Shown: positions 1 to 8,973, numbered from the whole stretch's first letter. The stretch: 63,953 bases of DNA, filler included, from an uncultured bacterium (GCA_964637655.1; 12 parts of 12 records of this genome joined end to end with filler, not necessarily neighbours in it); one strand, 5' to 3'. Numbers and translations: made by a program. Notes: generated from the sequence alone by a model not told the origin.

Positions 1-1
1 C

Positions 2-589
2 TACCGCTGTAATTTCTCCACCAAGACGCCTGACCTCCTCCCGGCGCCTCTGCAGGAGGGGGGGCGCCCCGCGTTTATCTTGCGCTTAGTGCTGGCGGCG
101 ACGCTGTCGTCGGTGTACGGCATCTACAACGGCTTCGAACTGTGCGAGAACACCCCGAAGGTGCCGGGGAAGGAGGAGTACCTCGACTCGGAAAAATACC
201 AGTTCAAGGTCTGGGACTGGGACCGCCCGGGCAATATCAAGGATATCGTGGCGAAGGTCAACGCCATCCGCCGCGCCAACGCAGCGCTGCAGGAATACGA
301 CAACCTGCGCTTTGTACACAACGAGAACAACCAGGTGCTCACGTACTGCAAGATGACCCCGGACAAGAGCAACATCATCCTCGTGGCGGTCAATCTCGAC
401 TACCACAGCGCGCAGACGACCACCATGCACCTGCCGCTGGAAACGTGGGGGATTGAAGGGTGGGAAACCTACCGCGCCGAGGAACTGCTCGCGGGTACGG
501 TGCAGCAGTGGAAAGGCGGGCGGGTCTGGGGCATCACGCTTGCTCCACAGACGAACATCGCGGCCATCTGGCGCATCAGCAGACAGTAA
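2..589 (+). CDS. glgE: alpha-1,4-glucan:maltose-1-phosphate maltosyltransferase GlgE, C-terminal part (5' truncated)
   Basis: Frame open from base 2: TPDLL..LQEGGRPAFILRLVLAATLSSVYGIYNGFELCEN...EEYLDSEKYQ, typical of the GlgE C-terminus. Confidence 0.9.
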   Translation, partial: YRCNFSTKTPDLLPAPLQEGGRPAFILRLVLAATLSSVYGIYNGFELCENTPKVPGKEEYLDSEKYQFKVWDWDRPGNIKDIVAKVNAIRRANAALQEYDNLRFVHNENNQVLTYCKMTPDKSNIILVAVNLDYHSAQTTTMHLPLETWGIEGWETYRAEELLAGTVQQWKGGRVWGITLAPQTNIAAIWRISRQ

Positions 590-597
590 ACGCAAGG

Positions 598-630
598 ACG
601 GGGGGGCGCGGAGGAATCCGTGCCCCCTGT
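598..630. terminator. GC-rich hairpin between convergent genes, likely terminator
   Basis: ACGGGGGGGCGCGGA-GGAA-TCCGTGCCCCCTGT right after the glgE stop. Confidence 0.5.
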
Positions 631-632
631 TG

Positions 633-893
633 CTATTCGAGGAGGTCGGGCAGGTCGGCGTAGTAGGAAAGACCGAAGAGGAGCAGCACGAGGCCGAGGA
701 TGGCGAGCAGTTCCGCGACCGCATGCAGGGCGAATCCGGAGGAGACCTCTTCCTGCTGCCGCCCGCGCTGATGCACGAAGAGCGGGATGAAAAACATCAG
801 GATAAGGCCGAGCGACATGACCAGCAGGCCGGGGACGCCTTCCCAGCTCAGCCAGCCGTCAGCCAGCTGCGAGAAAAAGTCAGGTTCGTCCAT
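633..893 (-). CDS. small two-TM membrane protein
   Basis: ORF MDEPDFFSQLADG... with two hydrophobic segments. Confidence 0.55.
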   Translation of the reverse strand: MDEPDFFSQLADGWLSWEGVPGLLVMSLGLILMFFIPLFVHQRGRQQEEVSSGFALHAVAELLAILGLVLLLFGLSYYADLPDLLE

Positions 894-900
894 AAAAATC

Positions 901-928
901 AAAGGGAACGCCGCTAAGCGTTCCCTTT
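901..928 (-). terminator. intrinsic terminator downstream of the Lys-rich/HTH gene
   Basis: AAAGGGAACGC-CGCTAA-GCGTTCCCTTT perfect 11-bp stem, followed by GATTTTT on the minus strand. Confidence 0.7.
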
Positions 929-941
929 GTACTCCCTCCCA

Positions 942-1172
942 TCACAGCTTGCGCATCCGCGCTTTCAACCCGGCAACGAAGGTCTTGGACTTCCGCAAAC
1001 CGAGCAGGGTGGCCTTGGCAACGACGGTACTGACTGCGAAACCAAGTTTCTTTGCCACCACCTGATTCGTCGCTTTCGGGTACCAGAGGCGAAGAAGTTC
1101 GACCTTTTCCGCCGTCCATTCGATAACCGTCCGTGACGTTTTCGCGCGTGACGCGCGAGGTCGCTTACTTAC
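942..1172 (-). CDS. HTH-like domain (WTAEKVELLRLWYP..VAKKLG..V..KA..LGLRK) in the -1 frame relative to the upstream Lys-rich ORF, with no start codon of its own
   Basis: No ATG/GTG/TTG between the upstream TAA (1169-1171) and the WTAE motif; followed by a terminator. Confidence 0.65.
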   Translation of the reverse strand, partial: VSKRPRASRAKTSRTVIEWTAEKVELLRLWYPKATNQVVAKKLGFAVSTVVAKATLLGLRKSKTFVAGLKARMRKL

Positions 1173-1264
1173 TTTTTTGCCTTTTTTTTTGCGACCTTCT
1201 TGACCGCCTTCTTCACGACCTTCTTCTTTGCGACCTTCTTCGCCGCTTTCTTCTTCGTAGCCAT
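1169..1264 (-). CDS. histone H1-like Lys/Ala/Val-rich peptide MATKKKAAKKVAKKKVVKKAVKKVAKKKAKK (31 aa)
   Basis: ATG at 1264 with GAGAGGGGGT Shine-Dalgarno and a near-consensus promoter upstream; too short for the ORF track. Confidence 0.8.
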   Translation of the reverse strand: MATKKKAAKKVAKKKVVKKAVKKVAKKKAKK

Positions 1265-1314
1265 TGTGTTGTCCACCCCCTCTCAATCGAGAACTTACTG
1301 CTTGCGATTACGCA

Positions 1315-1372
1315 ATACTACCACAATTGTATTATCTTGTCAATATATTTTTTTGTTTTTTGCAAAAATATT
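1315..1372 (-). promoter_or_regulatory. sigma70-type promoter with UP-like A-tract
   Basis: Minus strand TTGACA (1343-1338), 17-nt spacer, TAGTAT (1320-1315), preceded by AAAAAACAAAAAAATATA. Confidence 0.7.
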
Positions 1373-1429
1373 TTCGCGCGGAAAAATCCGGTGCGCAGCA
1401 CGCGCGGCTTGCCTGCCGACGGGAAACGC

Positions 1430-3046
1430 TCATGGTGCGCGCAGCACGCTGATGCCGCCGGCCGTCAGCACGGTCTGCCAGCCGCGCGCGCGCAGCGCGT
1501 GCGTGACGCGATTCCCGTCGGGAAACAGCGCGAAACGGAAACCGTGGTGTGCGAGCACGCGGTCGAAATCGTCGCGCACGAAGTGCAGGGTGAGGTAGTC
1601 ATCCCACACGGGCGCCGGTTCGAAGAGATGGTTGCGCCCGTCGATAAAGACCAGCCGTTGCGGGTACGCGTGCCAGCCGAGCCGCCCGCCGAGCGCGTAG
1701 TAATTGAGCACCGCTTCGCCGTCAGGCACATGGTCCGCCAGCCAGGCGAACGCCGCGTCCTGCGCTGCGTGCCCGAGCGGATGCAACGGCAGCAGCGGTG
1801 ACGGAATCGCGAACGCGGCGACGAGCAACGCGCCGGCCAGCAGCAGCGCGGCGGCAGCACGGTGGCGCGCCACCGGCAGCAGCGACGCCAGCGCGGCAGT
1901 GACGGCAGGCACGCTGACGATGACGAAGAAGAGCAGGTTGCGGCGCGCGGCAAGGAAGGCAACGAGCAACGCGGCGATGGCGAACCGGTCGCTGCGCGGC
2001 AGCGCGCCCAGCCCGGCGAGGGTCAGCGCCACCCACAGCAGCGCCGGCCACCAGGCCGCGTCGGCAAATGCCGGCGGCAGGAAAACGTCGAGGATCTGTG
2101 TTCCCTGCGTCGTCAGCATGCTCGCCAGCGCCCCCCAGATACCGAAGCCGAGCGGATGCAGTGCCGGCGCGACGAGCGCGGCGGCAAGCAGCAGCAGCGG
2201 TGCCCGTCCGGGACGCCGCCTCGCGGTGAGCGCGGCGGCGATCTGCGCCAGCGGGAAGATGAGGGCAAGGAAGAAGGAAAGATGGCAGTTGGCCCAGAGC
2301 GTGACGAGCAGGCCGTAGAGCAGTGTCAGTCGCCAGGGCGGCAGCGGCAGCGACGGCAGCAGCCAGGCCAGCGCGAAGCACGGCACGATGCTGGTGACGG
2401 CGCGCACGGCAAACTCATCGCGCAGCAGCCAGGCAGCGGCAACGCAGGCGACGGCAAGCAACGGGGTATCAGGTACCCGCGACCGGAGGCCGCGGTGGCG
2501 ACGGGCGCGGACCAGCAGGAGAAAGGGGAAGACAAGACAGAACAACGACGTCACCCGCAGCGCCGGCCACCCGCCGATGGCGAACAGGCGATATGCGAAA
2601 AAGGCCGACAGCCACTCCTGCGGCGCCGCGTACGTACCGGGAATGCTGGCGGTGAACAGTTCCTGTGTGATAATGCCGTGTTGCGCCACGGTGCGCCCCG
2701 TATTGAGCCACCACCAGGCGTCGCCGCCGTCGTTGAGATAGCCGTTGACGAGCAGCAGAGAAAGCAGCAGGCCGGCGGCGATGAGCAGGGGCGACCCCGG
2801 TGGTGGCGTCCGGTCAGGCGCGGCCCGGCGTACCGCCCGGACACTGACGGCGACTGACGCCAGCAGCGCGAGGTAGAGCGCAAAGCGGGAGAGGAGACCG
2901 GTGGCGACCAGCAGGGCCAGCGGTACGCTGAGGCGGCGGGGCAGGCGGGGAGCAATCAGGCAGCAGCAGAACAACAGCAGGCCGAGGGGGAGCAGGTCGG
3001 CGACGGAACGGAACTGCGGCGGGTCAGTGAGGAGCGTCAGCAGCAC
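1430..3046 (-). CDS. polytopic membrane protein, GT-C glycosyltransferase-like
   Basis: About 12 TM segments; D.WW.L.TG, QEWLS, LWANCH.SF and FIDGR motifs. Confidence 0.65.
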   Translation of the reverse strand: MLLTLLTDPPQFRSVADLLPLGLLLFCCCLIAPRLPRRLSVPLALLVATGLLSRFALYLALLASVAVSVRAVRRAAPDRTPPPGSPLLIAAGLLLSLLLVNGYLNDGGDAWWWLNTGRTVAQHGIITQELFTASIPGTYAAPQEWLSAFFAYRLFAIGGWPALRVTSLFCLVFPFLLLVRARRHRGLRSRVPDTPLLAVACVAAAWLLRDEFAVRAVTSIVPCFALAWLLPSLPLPPWRLTLLYGLLVTLWANCHLSFFLALIFPLAQIAAALTARRRPGRAPLLLLAAALVAPALHPLGFGIWGALASMLTTQGTQILDVFLPPAFADAAWWPALLWVALTLAGLGALPRSDRFAIAALLVAFLAARRNLLFFVIVSVPAVTAALASLLPVARHRAAAALLLAGALLVAAFAIPSPLLPLHPLGHAAQDAAFAWLADHVPDGEAVLNYYALGGRLGWHAYPQRLVFIDGRNHLFEPAPVWDDYLTLHFVRDDFDRVLAHHGFRFALFPDGNRVTHALRARGWQTVLTAGGISVLRAP

Positions 3047-3063
3047 GCGCGGTCAGGCGCGCG

Positions 3064-4005
3064 TCAGCGCCCGCAGCAGCAGGAGGGCGCGCTCTCGGCG
3101 GTGCTGCCGCTGCAGCAGGAGGCCCCTTCGCGTGCGCGGTCGCCCTCTTCGTCCCAGCATTCGTCCTCGGGGTCGACGGCGAAGATATCCACTTCGAGTT
3201 CCCACTGATAGCGCCGGCGGCAGAGATGCCAGACCGCGAGGAAAATCGCGGCAAAGAACGCGGCCGGCAGGATGACCGAGGTGGGCATGGCCCAGGCCGA
3301 TGGTACGCAGTACGCGTAGATGAGGAAGAGTACGGTGCCGATGACCGCGGTCTTCGCGCTGCGCCAGAGGATGCGCCCGAACCAGTCGTCCTCGCTCACC
3401 ACGGTCAGTTTGGTGTGGATGAGCGCCAGCAGCCACGCCACGGAGAGCGGCAGCCACAACTGGTCGCGGTAGGCGGCAAAGTCGAGTTCAGGCCAGTCGA
3501 GCGAGCGGAAGCGCACCCAGAAAGCGAACAGCACCGCGAGATTGACGAGGATCAGTTCGGCGACATGCCAGAGGCCGTTCTCGACCCGGCGGTTGATCCA
3601 GTCGTGATTCTCGTCGGCGCGTTTGACTACCGCGCGGAATACGCCGAAAACGATGACATTGAGCACGAAGAGGAGGGGGAAAGCCAGCGCCGGAAAGGCC
3701 GCCGCCTCAGTGCGGCGCAGGAAGAAGGCGAAGACCATGGCCAGCGCCATGCCGCCCAGCGATCCTTTGAGCACGCGCAGGAGCAGGCGCAGGTAGCTCT
3801 CCTCGCGCGTGGTACGGTAGAGCCCGGCGCCGAAGAAGGCGGCCAGATGCGCGACGAGCAGCGCGAGGAGCAGCGCGCTCCAGCCGATATAGGCGGCCTC
3901 GGGATAATCGCCGAGAAAGCGCAGCGACAGCGCGTAGTACGAGGTGAACCCGAGGATGATGGCATCGACGAACATCCAGGTGATGACAACGAGCGGATCG
4001 CCCAT
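3064..4005 (-). CDS. membrane protein with two 4-TM units resembling the N-terminal membrane domain of sugar transferases/CapD, plus an acidic Cys-rich tail
   Basis: AAGGAG RBS before ATG 4005; D....A...A...R and GLY pattern; tail DECWDEE..CCSG..CCCGR. Confidence 0.6.
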   Translation of the reverse strand: MGDPLVVITWMFVDAIILGFTSYYALSLRFLGDYPEAAYIGWSALLLALLVAHLAAFFGAGLYRTTREESYLRLLLRVLKGSLGGMALAMVFAFFLRRTEAAAFPALAFPLLFVLNVIVFGVFRAVVKRADENHDWINRRVENGLWHVAELILVNLAVLFAFWVRFRSLDWPELDFAAYRDQLWLPLSVAWLLALIHTKLTVVSEDDWFGRILWRSAKTAVIGTVLFLIYAYCVPSAWAMPTSVILPAAFFAAIFLAVWHLCRRRYQWELEVDIFAVDPEDECWDEEGDRAREGASCCSGSTAESAPSCCCGR

Positions 4006-4088
4006 GGTGCGTCTCCTTGGCACGTAATGCAACAATGTTACTTACTTGTCCGGCTGCCGTCAAGAACGCGTCAGCCGCCGGCGGAAAT

Positions 4089-4448
4089 TCAGGCGTGATT
4101 CCGGTAGCCCTTTTCCCGGAGCAGGGCGAGGCGGCAGGTGTCGCCGGTAAAGCGAAATCCGATAGCGACCTGCAGGGCGCACCGGGGGCAGATGGCGCCG
4201 TGCAGCGCGGTGTCCGTCGCGCCGGCAAGGAACCCCTCCGTTTCGGCGCGGAACTTCTCCGCGAGTGCTGCCGGCAGGCCGGGCAGACGGAAGGTACGGT
4301 CGGCGGCAAACGCCGCGGCGGTGGCGCGCAACGTCGCCTCCGGGAAACGCAGGTCGTAGCCGCAGACGGGACAGTGGTAGCGCAGCGGCCATTGTGTGAC
4401 CGTGCCATCAGGTGCCGAGGCGCAGCGTTCGCCGATGAGTTTCTGCAT
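4089..4448 (-). CDS. small Zn-ribbon-like hypothetical protein
   Basis: CPVCG and CPRC pairs. Confidence 0.5.
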   Translation of the reverse strand: MQKLIGERCASAPDGTVTQWPLRYHCPVCGYDLRFPEATLRATAAAFAADRTFRLPGLPAALAEKFRAETEGFLAGATDTALHGAICPRCALQVAIGFRFTGDTCRLALLREKGYRNHA

Positions 4449-4540
4449 GCACCGGTTATAACGTGTGTTCGTGTTGCGGGTCAACGTGCGGTTGACCGCG
4501 TCTGCCGACTGGTGCTACCATCGTGGGGGAGGCGCTGAGC

Positions 4541-5227
4541 ATGCTGAAGAAACTGCTGCTTGGGGCGGGTATCCTGCTCGCCGCGCTGGTGTTGTTCTGC
4601 GTTGGCTACTGGCTGAATTATTCGCAGGGGGTCATCGCCGGGAGCAGCATCGAGACGCCCGGGGCGACGCGCTGCCTCCTTATCGCCAGCCAGGGAAGCG
4701 ACTACAAGGAGGCGCTGGTGCGGAAACTGGTCGCGCGGCTGCAGGCGGACAGCGCGTCGGTACGACTGGTGGACGTCACGCAGCTGCCGACGGTGAACGA
4801 AGCGGACTATGCTGCCGCCATCCTGATTTGCAGCATCGAGTATTATGCCGCGCAGAAAGACGTGGCGGCGTACATCGCCGCGGCGCAGCGGCCGGAGCGC
4901 ATCGTGCTGCACACCACCTCGGGCCAGGGTGACATGCGCCCGCAGCAGTGCCGCATCGACGCTCTTACCGGCGCTTCACGAAGTGAACTGCTCGACGACC
5001 AGGCGGCAGCCATTCTCGCCCGCCTGCCGCGGCAGACACCAGAAGAGGAGCAGAACATGAACGATGAACGCGATAAGCAGCCATCAGCGGAACAGCCGCG
5101 GCAGGCGGCGCAACCGGGCAGTGCGCAGGAACTCGACGACCGCGAACTGGACAAGGTGACCGGCGGCGTCGTGAATTCCGGGATACTGCAGCCGCCGCAA
5201 CCGCCCGGGTCGTTCGGCCTGCATTGA
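4541..5227 (+). CDS. membrane-anchored flavodoxin-like hypothetical protein, read in frame into a C-terminal double-Gly peptide
   Basis: GGAGG RBS, N-terminal TM helix, LIASQGSDYK...HTTSGQG. Confidence 0.65.
   Translation: MLKKLLLGAGILLAALVLFCVGYWLNYSQGVIAGSSIETPGATRCLLIASQGSDYKEALVRKLVARLQADSASVRLVDVTQLPTVNEADYAAAILICSIEYYAAQKDVAAYIAAAQRPERIVLHTTSGQGDMRPQQCRIDALTGASRSELLDDQAAAILARLPRQTPEEEQNMNDERDKQPSAEQPRQAAQPGSAQELDDRELDKVTGGVVNSGILQPPQPPGSFGLH
5057..5227 (+). CDS. putative 56-aa precursor peptide with double-glycine leader (ELDDRELDKVTGG)
   Basis: Own GAGGAG RBS and ATG; leader matches the EL.D.EL..V.GG pattern. Confidence 0.45.
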   Translation: MNDERDKQPSAEQPRQAAQPGSAQELDDRELDKVTGGVVNSGILQPPQPPGSFGLH

Positions 5228-5355
5228 CCAGCCCCGCCGGTGCCCGGGGTGCGGCGTACCGACGCGGGCCTGTGGCTGACACGGTAGTATACCGCGGTTT
5301 GACAGGATTGCCGTCGGGTGATACATATTTTCGGGGCAACTATTCAGCCAATCAG

Positions 5356-5457
5356 TCCCCTCTCCTTGGGGAGAGGGCGACGCGCAGCGCCGGGTAAGGG
5401 GATACGTCCGGCCGTGTCTGCCCTGCCGCTTCGCGGCTTCCTCTCCCGGCGGGAGAG
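5356..5457. repeat. REP-like palindromic element (CCCTCTCC-N-GGAGAGGG family) at contig end
   Basis: CCCTCTCCTTGGGAGAGGG and CTCTCCCGGCGGGAGAG hairpins. Confidence 0.7.
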
Positions 5458-5557
5458 NNNNNNNNNNNNNNNNNNNNNNNNNNNNNNNNNNNNNNNNNNN
5501 NTTAATTAATTAANNNNNNNNNNNNNNNNNNNNNNNNNNNNNNNNNNNNNNNNNNNN
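5458..5557. other. artificial contig spacer N44-TTAATTAATTAA-N44 (also at 10970-11069, 16460-16559, 21898-21997, 27303-27402, 32678-32777, 38052-38151, 43414-43513, 48752-48851, 54078-54177, 59386-59485)
   Basis: Identical 100-nt linkers with stops in all frames; genes are truncated at the junctions. Confidence 0.99.
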
Positions 5558-5559
5558 CC

Positions 5560-7347
5560 ATCCCGCTGGCTTGCAACGGGCTGGTGCGCCACTCCTTTTG
5601 GCGGCAGGGGGGCAACGTTGCCGAGGTGCGCATCAATCTACGGCCGAAGGAGGAGCGCGAGTGGCAGTCGCACGCCATCGGCATGCGGCTGCGCCCTGCC
5701 ATCGAGGAAATCGGCCGGCGGCACAAGGCCATCGTCAAGATTGTCGAGATGCCGCCGGGGCCGCCGGTCCTCTCGTCCATCGTCGCGGAAGTGTACGGGC
5801 CGCCGGGCGGCGAGTATGCGCAGCTGCAGCGCGTGGCGGGGACGGTGCGCAGTGCGTTGCAGGCGACGCCCCTGGTCAGCGATGTCGATGCCACGCTGGA
5901 AGATGACCTGCAGCGCATCGATATTGTCATCGACAAGGAGAAGGCGGCGCTGGCCGGGGTCGAATTTGCCGAGGCGGTGCAGACCGCGCGCCTGGCGCTG
6001 GCCGGCATGGACCTTGGGGGACTGCGCGACGGGGCGGACCGCGAGGCGGCGTTCATCCGGCTGCGCCTGCCGTACGCGCAGCGCGGCGACCTGCAGGCGC
6101 TGCAGGAAATCCGCGTGCGTTCGCGCAGCGGGCGCCTCGTGGCGCTCGGGGAAATCGCCTCGTGGCAGGAACGCGTCGAGGAGCAGACCGTCTACCACAA
6201 GGACCTGCGCCCGGTGGTCTATGTCTATGCCGAGCAGGTCGGCATTTCGCCCGTCGATGCCATGTTTGCCGCGCGGAAAAACCTCGTGGTGCCGGACGGC
6301 TACGAGGTGGTCTGGGACGGGGAAGGGGAGTGGAAGATCACGGTCGAGGTGTTCCGCGACCTCGGCCTCGCTTTTGCCGCCGCCATGCTCCTGATTTACT
6401 TCCTGCTCGTCGCGCAGACCGGGTCGCTCCTCGTGCCGTGCGTGCAGATGATTGCCATTCCGCTCACCATGATCGGCATCTTTCCGGGGTTCTGGCTGCT
6501 CAACCTCTTTGCCGACCCGGTGCATGGGGCGCCCAACCCGATCTTCTTTACCGCGACCGGGATGATCGGCATGATCGCGCTGGCGGGGATTGTCGTGCGC
6601 AACTCGATTATCCTCATCGATTTCATCGAGGTTCTTCGCCGGCAGGGGCTGCGCCTCGCGGACGCGGTTATCGAGGCGGGTGCTGTGCGCACGCGCCCCA
6701 TCCTGCTCACCGCGGCTGCCGCCCTCTTCGGGGCGTGGGTCATCATTCTCGATCCGATCTTCTCGGGGCTGGCGTGGAGTTTTATTTTCGGGATATTCGC
6801 CTCGACCCTGTTCACGCTGCTGGTCATCCCGCTCGTCTACTACCTGATCATGCGCGGCACGGAGAAGACGCCGGCTCCGGCAGCGGCCGGACCGGCACCG
6901 CGCCCGCTGACTGCGCAGGAACGCGACGCGCAGGCAGTTGCGGCAGCGAAGACAAAGGCAACAGCCGCGACAGCGGATGTGGCAACAGCAGCCGAGGCGG
7001 CGAGTACGGAGACAGCAGCAGTGATGGGTGCAGCATCAGTGGCTGCGCAGGTGGCGTCAGCAATTGGCGTGGCGACGGGAACTCCGGCCGCCGCGTCTGC
7101 GGTGGCATCGCCGTCTGCGGCCGGCAGTGCCGGGCGGACGCCTGCTGTGGTCGAACCTGCGCCGGTGCCGCCCCCCGCAGCGGCTGCGCCGACACCGGTG
7201 GCGTTGACGCCGGCACCCGTGGCGACCGTTGAACGCCTCGTCCCTGAATCGGGCACGCCCGACGGAGCGGGACGCAGCATCCGCCTGAAAGTCGACCCGA
7301 ATCTGCTGCGCAAACTGGGCGGCAAACCGCCGGGAGATGGCGCATGA
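5560..7347 (+). CDS. RND efflux permease (AcrB/CusA family), C-terminal half with long Ala/Pro-rich tail (5' truncated)
   Basis: GMIALAGIVVRNSIILIDF, RTRPILLTA and DPIFSGLAWS motifs. Confidence 0.9.
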   Translation: MPLACNGLVRHSFWRQGGNVAEVRINLRPKEEREWQSHAIGMRLRPAIEEIGRRHKAIVKIVEMPPGPPVLSSIVAEVYGPPGGEYAQLQRVAGTVRSALQATPLVSDVDATLEDDLQRIDIVIDKEKAALAGVEFAEAVQTARLALAGMDLGGLRDGADREAAFIRLRLPYAQRGDLQALQEIRVRSRSGRLVALGEIASWQERVEEQTVYHKDLRPVVYVYAEQVGISPVDAMFAARKNLVVPDGYEVVWDGEGEWKITVEVFRDLGLAFAAAMLLIYFLLVAQTGSLLVPCVQMIAIPLTMIGIFPGFWLLNLFADPVHGAPNPIFFTATGMIGMIALAGIVVRNSIILIDFIEVLRRQGLRLADAVIEAGAVRTRPILLTAAAALFGAWVIILDPIFSGLAWSFIFGIFASTLFTLLVIPLVYYLIMRGTEKTPAPAAAGPAPRPLTAQERDAQAVAAAKTKATAATADVATAAEAASTETAAVMGAASVAAQVASAIGVATGTPAAASAVASPSAAGSAGRTPAVVEPAPVPPPAAAAPTPVALTPAPVATVERLVPESGTPDGAGRSIRLKVDPNLLRKLGGKPPGDGA

Positions 7348-8009
7348 ACGGTCCATTGCCGCTACCGCCGGCGGAGTACATGGTACTGGTCAGCGGCGGC
7401 GGGCCTGACCTGGAAAACAATTTCCTTGCCGTCGGCCGGCAGCTGGTGCAGATGCTCGATAAGCAGGAGATGCTCGGGCCGGGGGTGCGGCTGCTCGATG
7501 TCGGCTGTGGCTGCGGGCGGCTGGCGCGGCAGTTGGCGGAGCGTACTGACCTGGTCTATTGCGGGTTCGACCGTCATGCCGGGATGATTGCGTGGTGTGC
7601 GGAACACCTGACGCCGGCCGCGCCGCACCTGCACTTCCATCATGTGGCGGTGCGCAGCGCGTATGACGCGTGGGATCGCGAACAGGGGACGCAACCGGTC
7701 GAGACCGTGCGTTTTGACTTCCCCGAAGCGCCGTTCAGCGCCGCCCTGCTCTCGTCGGTCTTCACCCACATGCCGCTCGACGAGACTGGGCATTATTTGC
7801 GCGAACTGCATCGCGTCCTGCTCCCGGCGGGCAGGGTGCTCCTGTCGGTGATGTTCACGGAGGGCGAACCGCAGGTCCTGCAGCAGCTCAATTTCCTGTA
7901 TCGCCCCGATGACTTTGCCGCGCTCGCAGCGCAGTGCGGCTTTGCCGCCACGCCGCTCAACCCGCGGGCCTACGGCCTCGCCCACAACTGGTTCCTGTTG
8001 CAGAAATAG
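7344..8009 (+). CDS. class I SAM-dependent methyltransferase
   Basis: LLDVGCGCGRLA, SVFTHM and LRELHRVL motifs. Confidence 0.88.
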   Translation: MNGPLPLPPAEYMVLVSGGGPDLENNFLAVGRQLVQMLDKQEMLGPGVRLLDVGCGCGRLARQLAERTDLVYCGFDRHAGMIAWCAEHLTPAAPHLHFHHVAVRSAYDAWDREQGTQPVETVRFDFPEAPFSAALLSSVFTHMPLDETGHYLRELHRVLLPAGRVLLSVMFTEGEPQVLQQLNFLYRPDDFAALAAQCGFAATPLNPRAYGLAHNWFLLQK

Positions 8010-8133
8010 GGGGCCATACTAGCACATTGACACATTCACGCAGGCGGAACTGCCGACTGATATATGCGTTACGCATCGACGTGAGGGCAGATGCACTACA
8101 GCACACGCGGATACCCGAACAACGGGGGAAGGC

Positions 8134-8973
8134 ATGACAGCACGACGGGTTGAGCGGACATTGAGCGGCAATCGAGTGGAAGAAGGGGCCGGGGTCTGGC
8201 TGCGCCGCAGCTTCGCGTGGCAGGAGCGCGAGCGGCTCGACCCGTTCCTGCTGTTCGATGATTTCGGCTCGAGCGACCCCAAAGAGTACCTCCCGGGTTT
8301 CCCGTGGCATCCGCACCGCGGTATTGAGACGGTCACGCTGATGGATAGCGGGCGGGTGGAACATGGCGACAGCATCGGCAATGCCGGGGTCATCGGGCCG
8401 GGTGACGTGCAGTGGATGACCGCGGGGAGCGGCATCGTCCACCAGGAGATGCCGCAAGAGGATCCGGTGCGGCTACGCGGGTTTCAGTTATGGGTCAACC
8501 TGCCGCGCAGCCACAAAATGACCGGACCGCGCTACCGCGGGCTGACCGCGGCAGAGTTACCGCAGGTGAACTTGCCGGGCGGGGTGCAGGTGACGGTCAT
8601 CAGCGGCGAATGCCACGGCACGCGCGGCGCGGTCACCGACATCGTCGTCCCGACCTTCTACCTCGATGTGCGCCTGCCGGCCGGGACGACGTTCACGCAA
8701 CCGGTTGATGCGCAGTGGCATGCTTTTGCCTACCCGGTGACCGGCACGGTGCGCTGTGGTGACACGGAACTGGCTGAAGGGAATCTCGGCATCCTGACGG
8801 ATGGTGACAGTATCACCGTGAAGGCGCCTGCGGGCGAAGCGCGCGTGCTGCTGGCGGCCGGCCAGCCGCTGCGCGAGCTCATCGCCTGGCGCGGCCCCAT
8901 CGTCATGAACACGGAAGAAGAGTTGAACACGGCATTTCGCGAGTACCAGGCGGGGACTTTCATCAGAAAATAG
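8134..8973 (+). CDS. pirin family protein
   Basis: DPFLLFD, GFPWHPHRGIETVT, QWMTAGSGIVHQEMP, QLWVNLP and GPIVMNT motifs. Confidence 0.95.
   Translation: MTARRVERTLSGNRVEEGAGVWLRRSFAWQERERLDPFLLFDDFGSSDPKEYLPGFPWHPHRGIETVTLMDSGRVEHGDSIGNAGVIGPGDVQWMTAGSGIVHQEMPQEDPVRLRGFQLWVNLPRSHKMTGPRYRGLTAAELPQVNLPGGVQVTVISGECHGTRGAVTDIVVPTFYLDVRLPAGTTFTQPVDAQWHAFAYPVTGTVRCGDTELAEGNLGILTDGDSITVKAPAGEARVLLAAGQPLRELIAWRGPIVMNTEEELNTAFREYQAGTFIRK

Noticed and set aside
1173-1286. Glu/Gly-rich N-terminus of the listed 942..1286 ORF (TTG start)
   Set aside because: It is the alternative-frame reading of the Lys-rich ORF. The RBS and promoter fit the ATG at 1264 instead.
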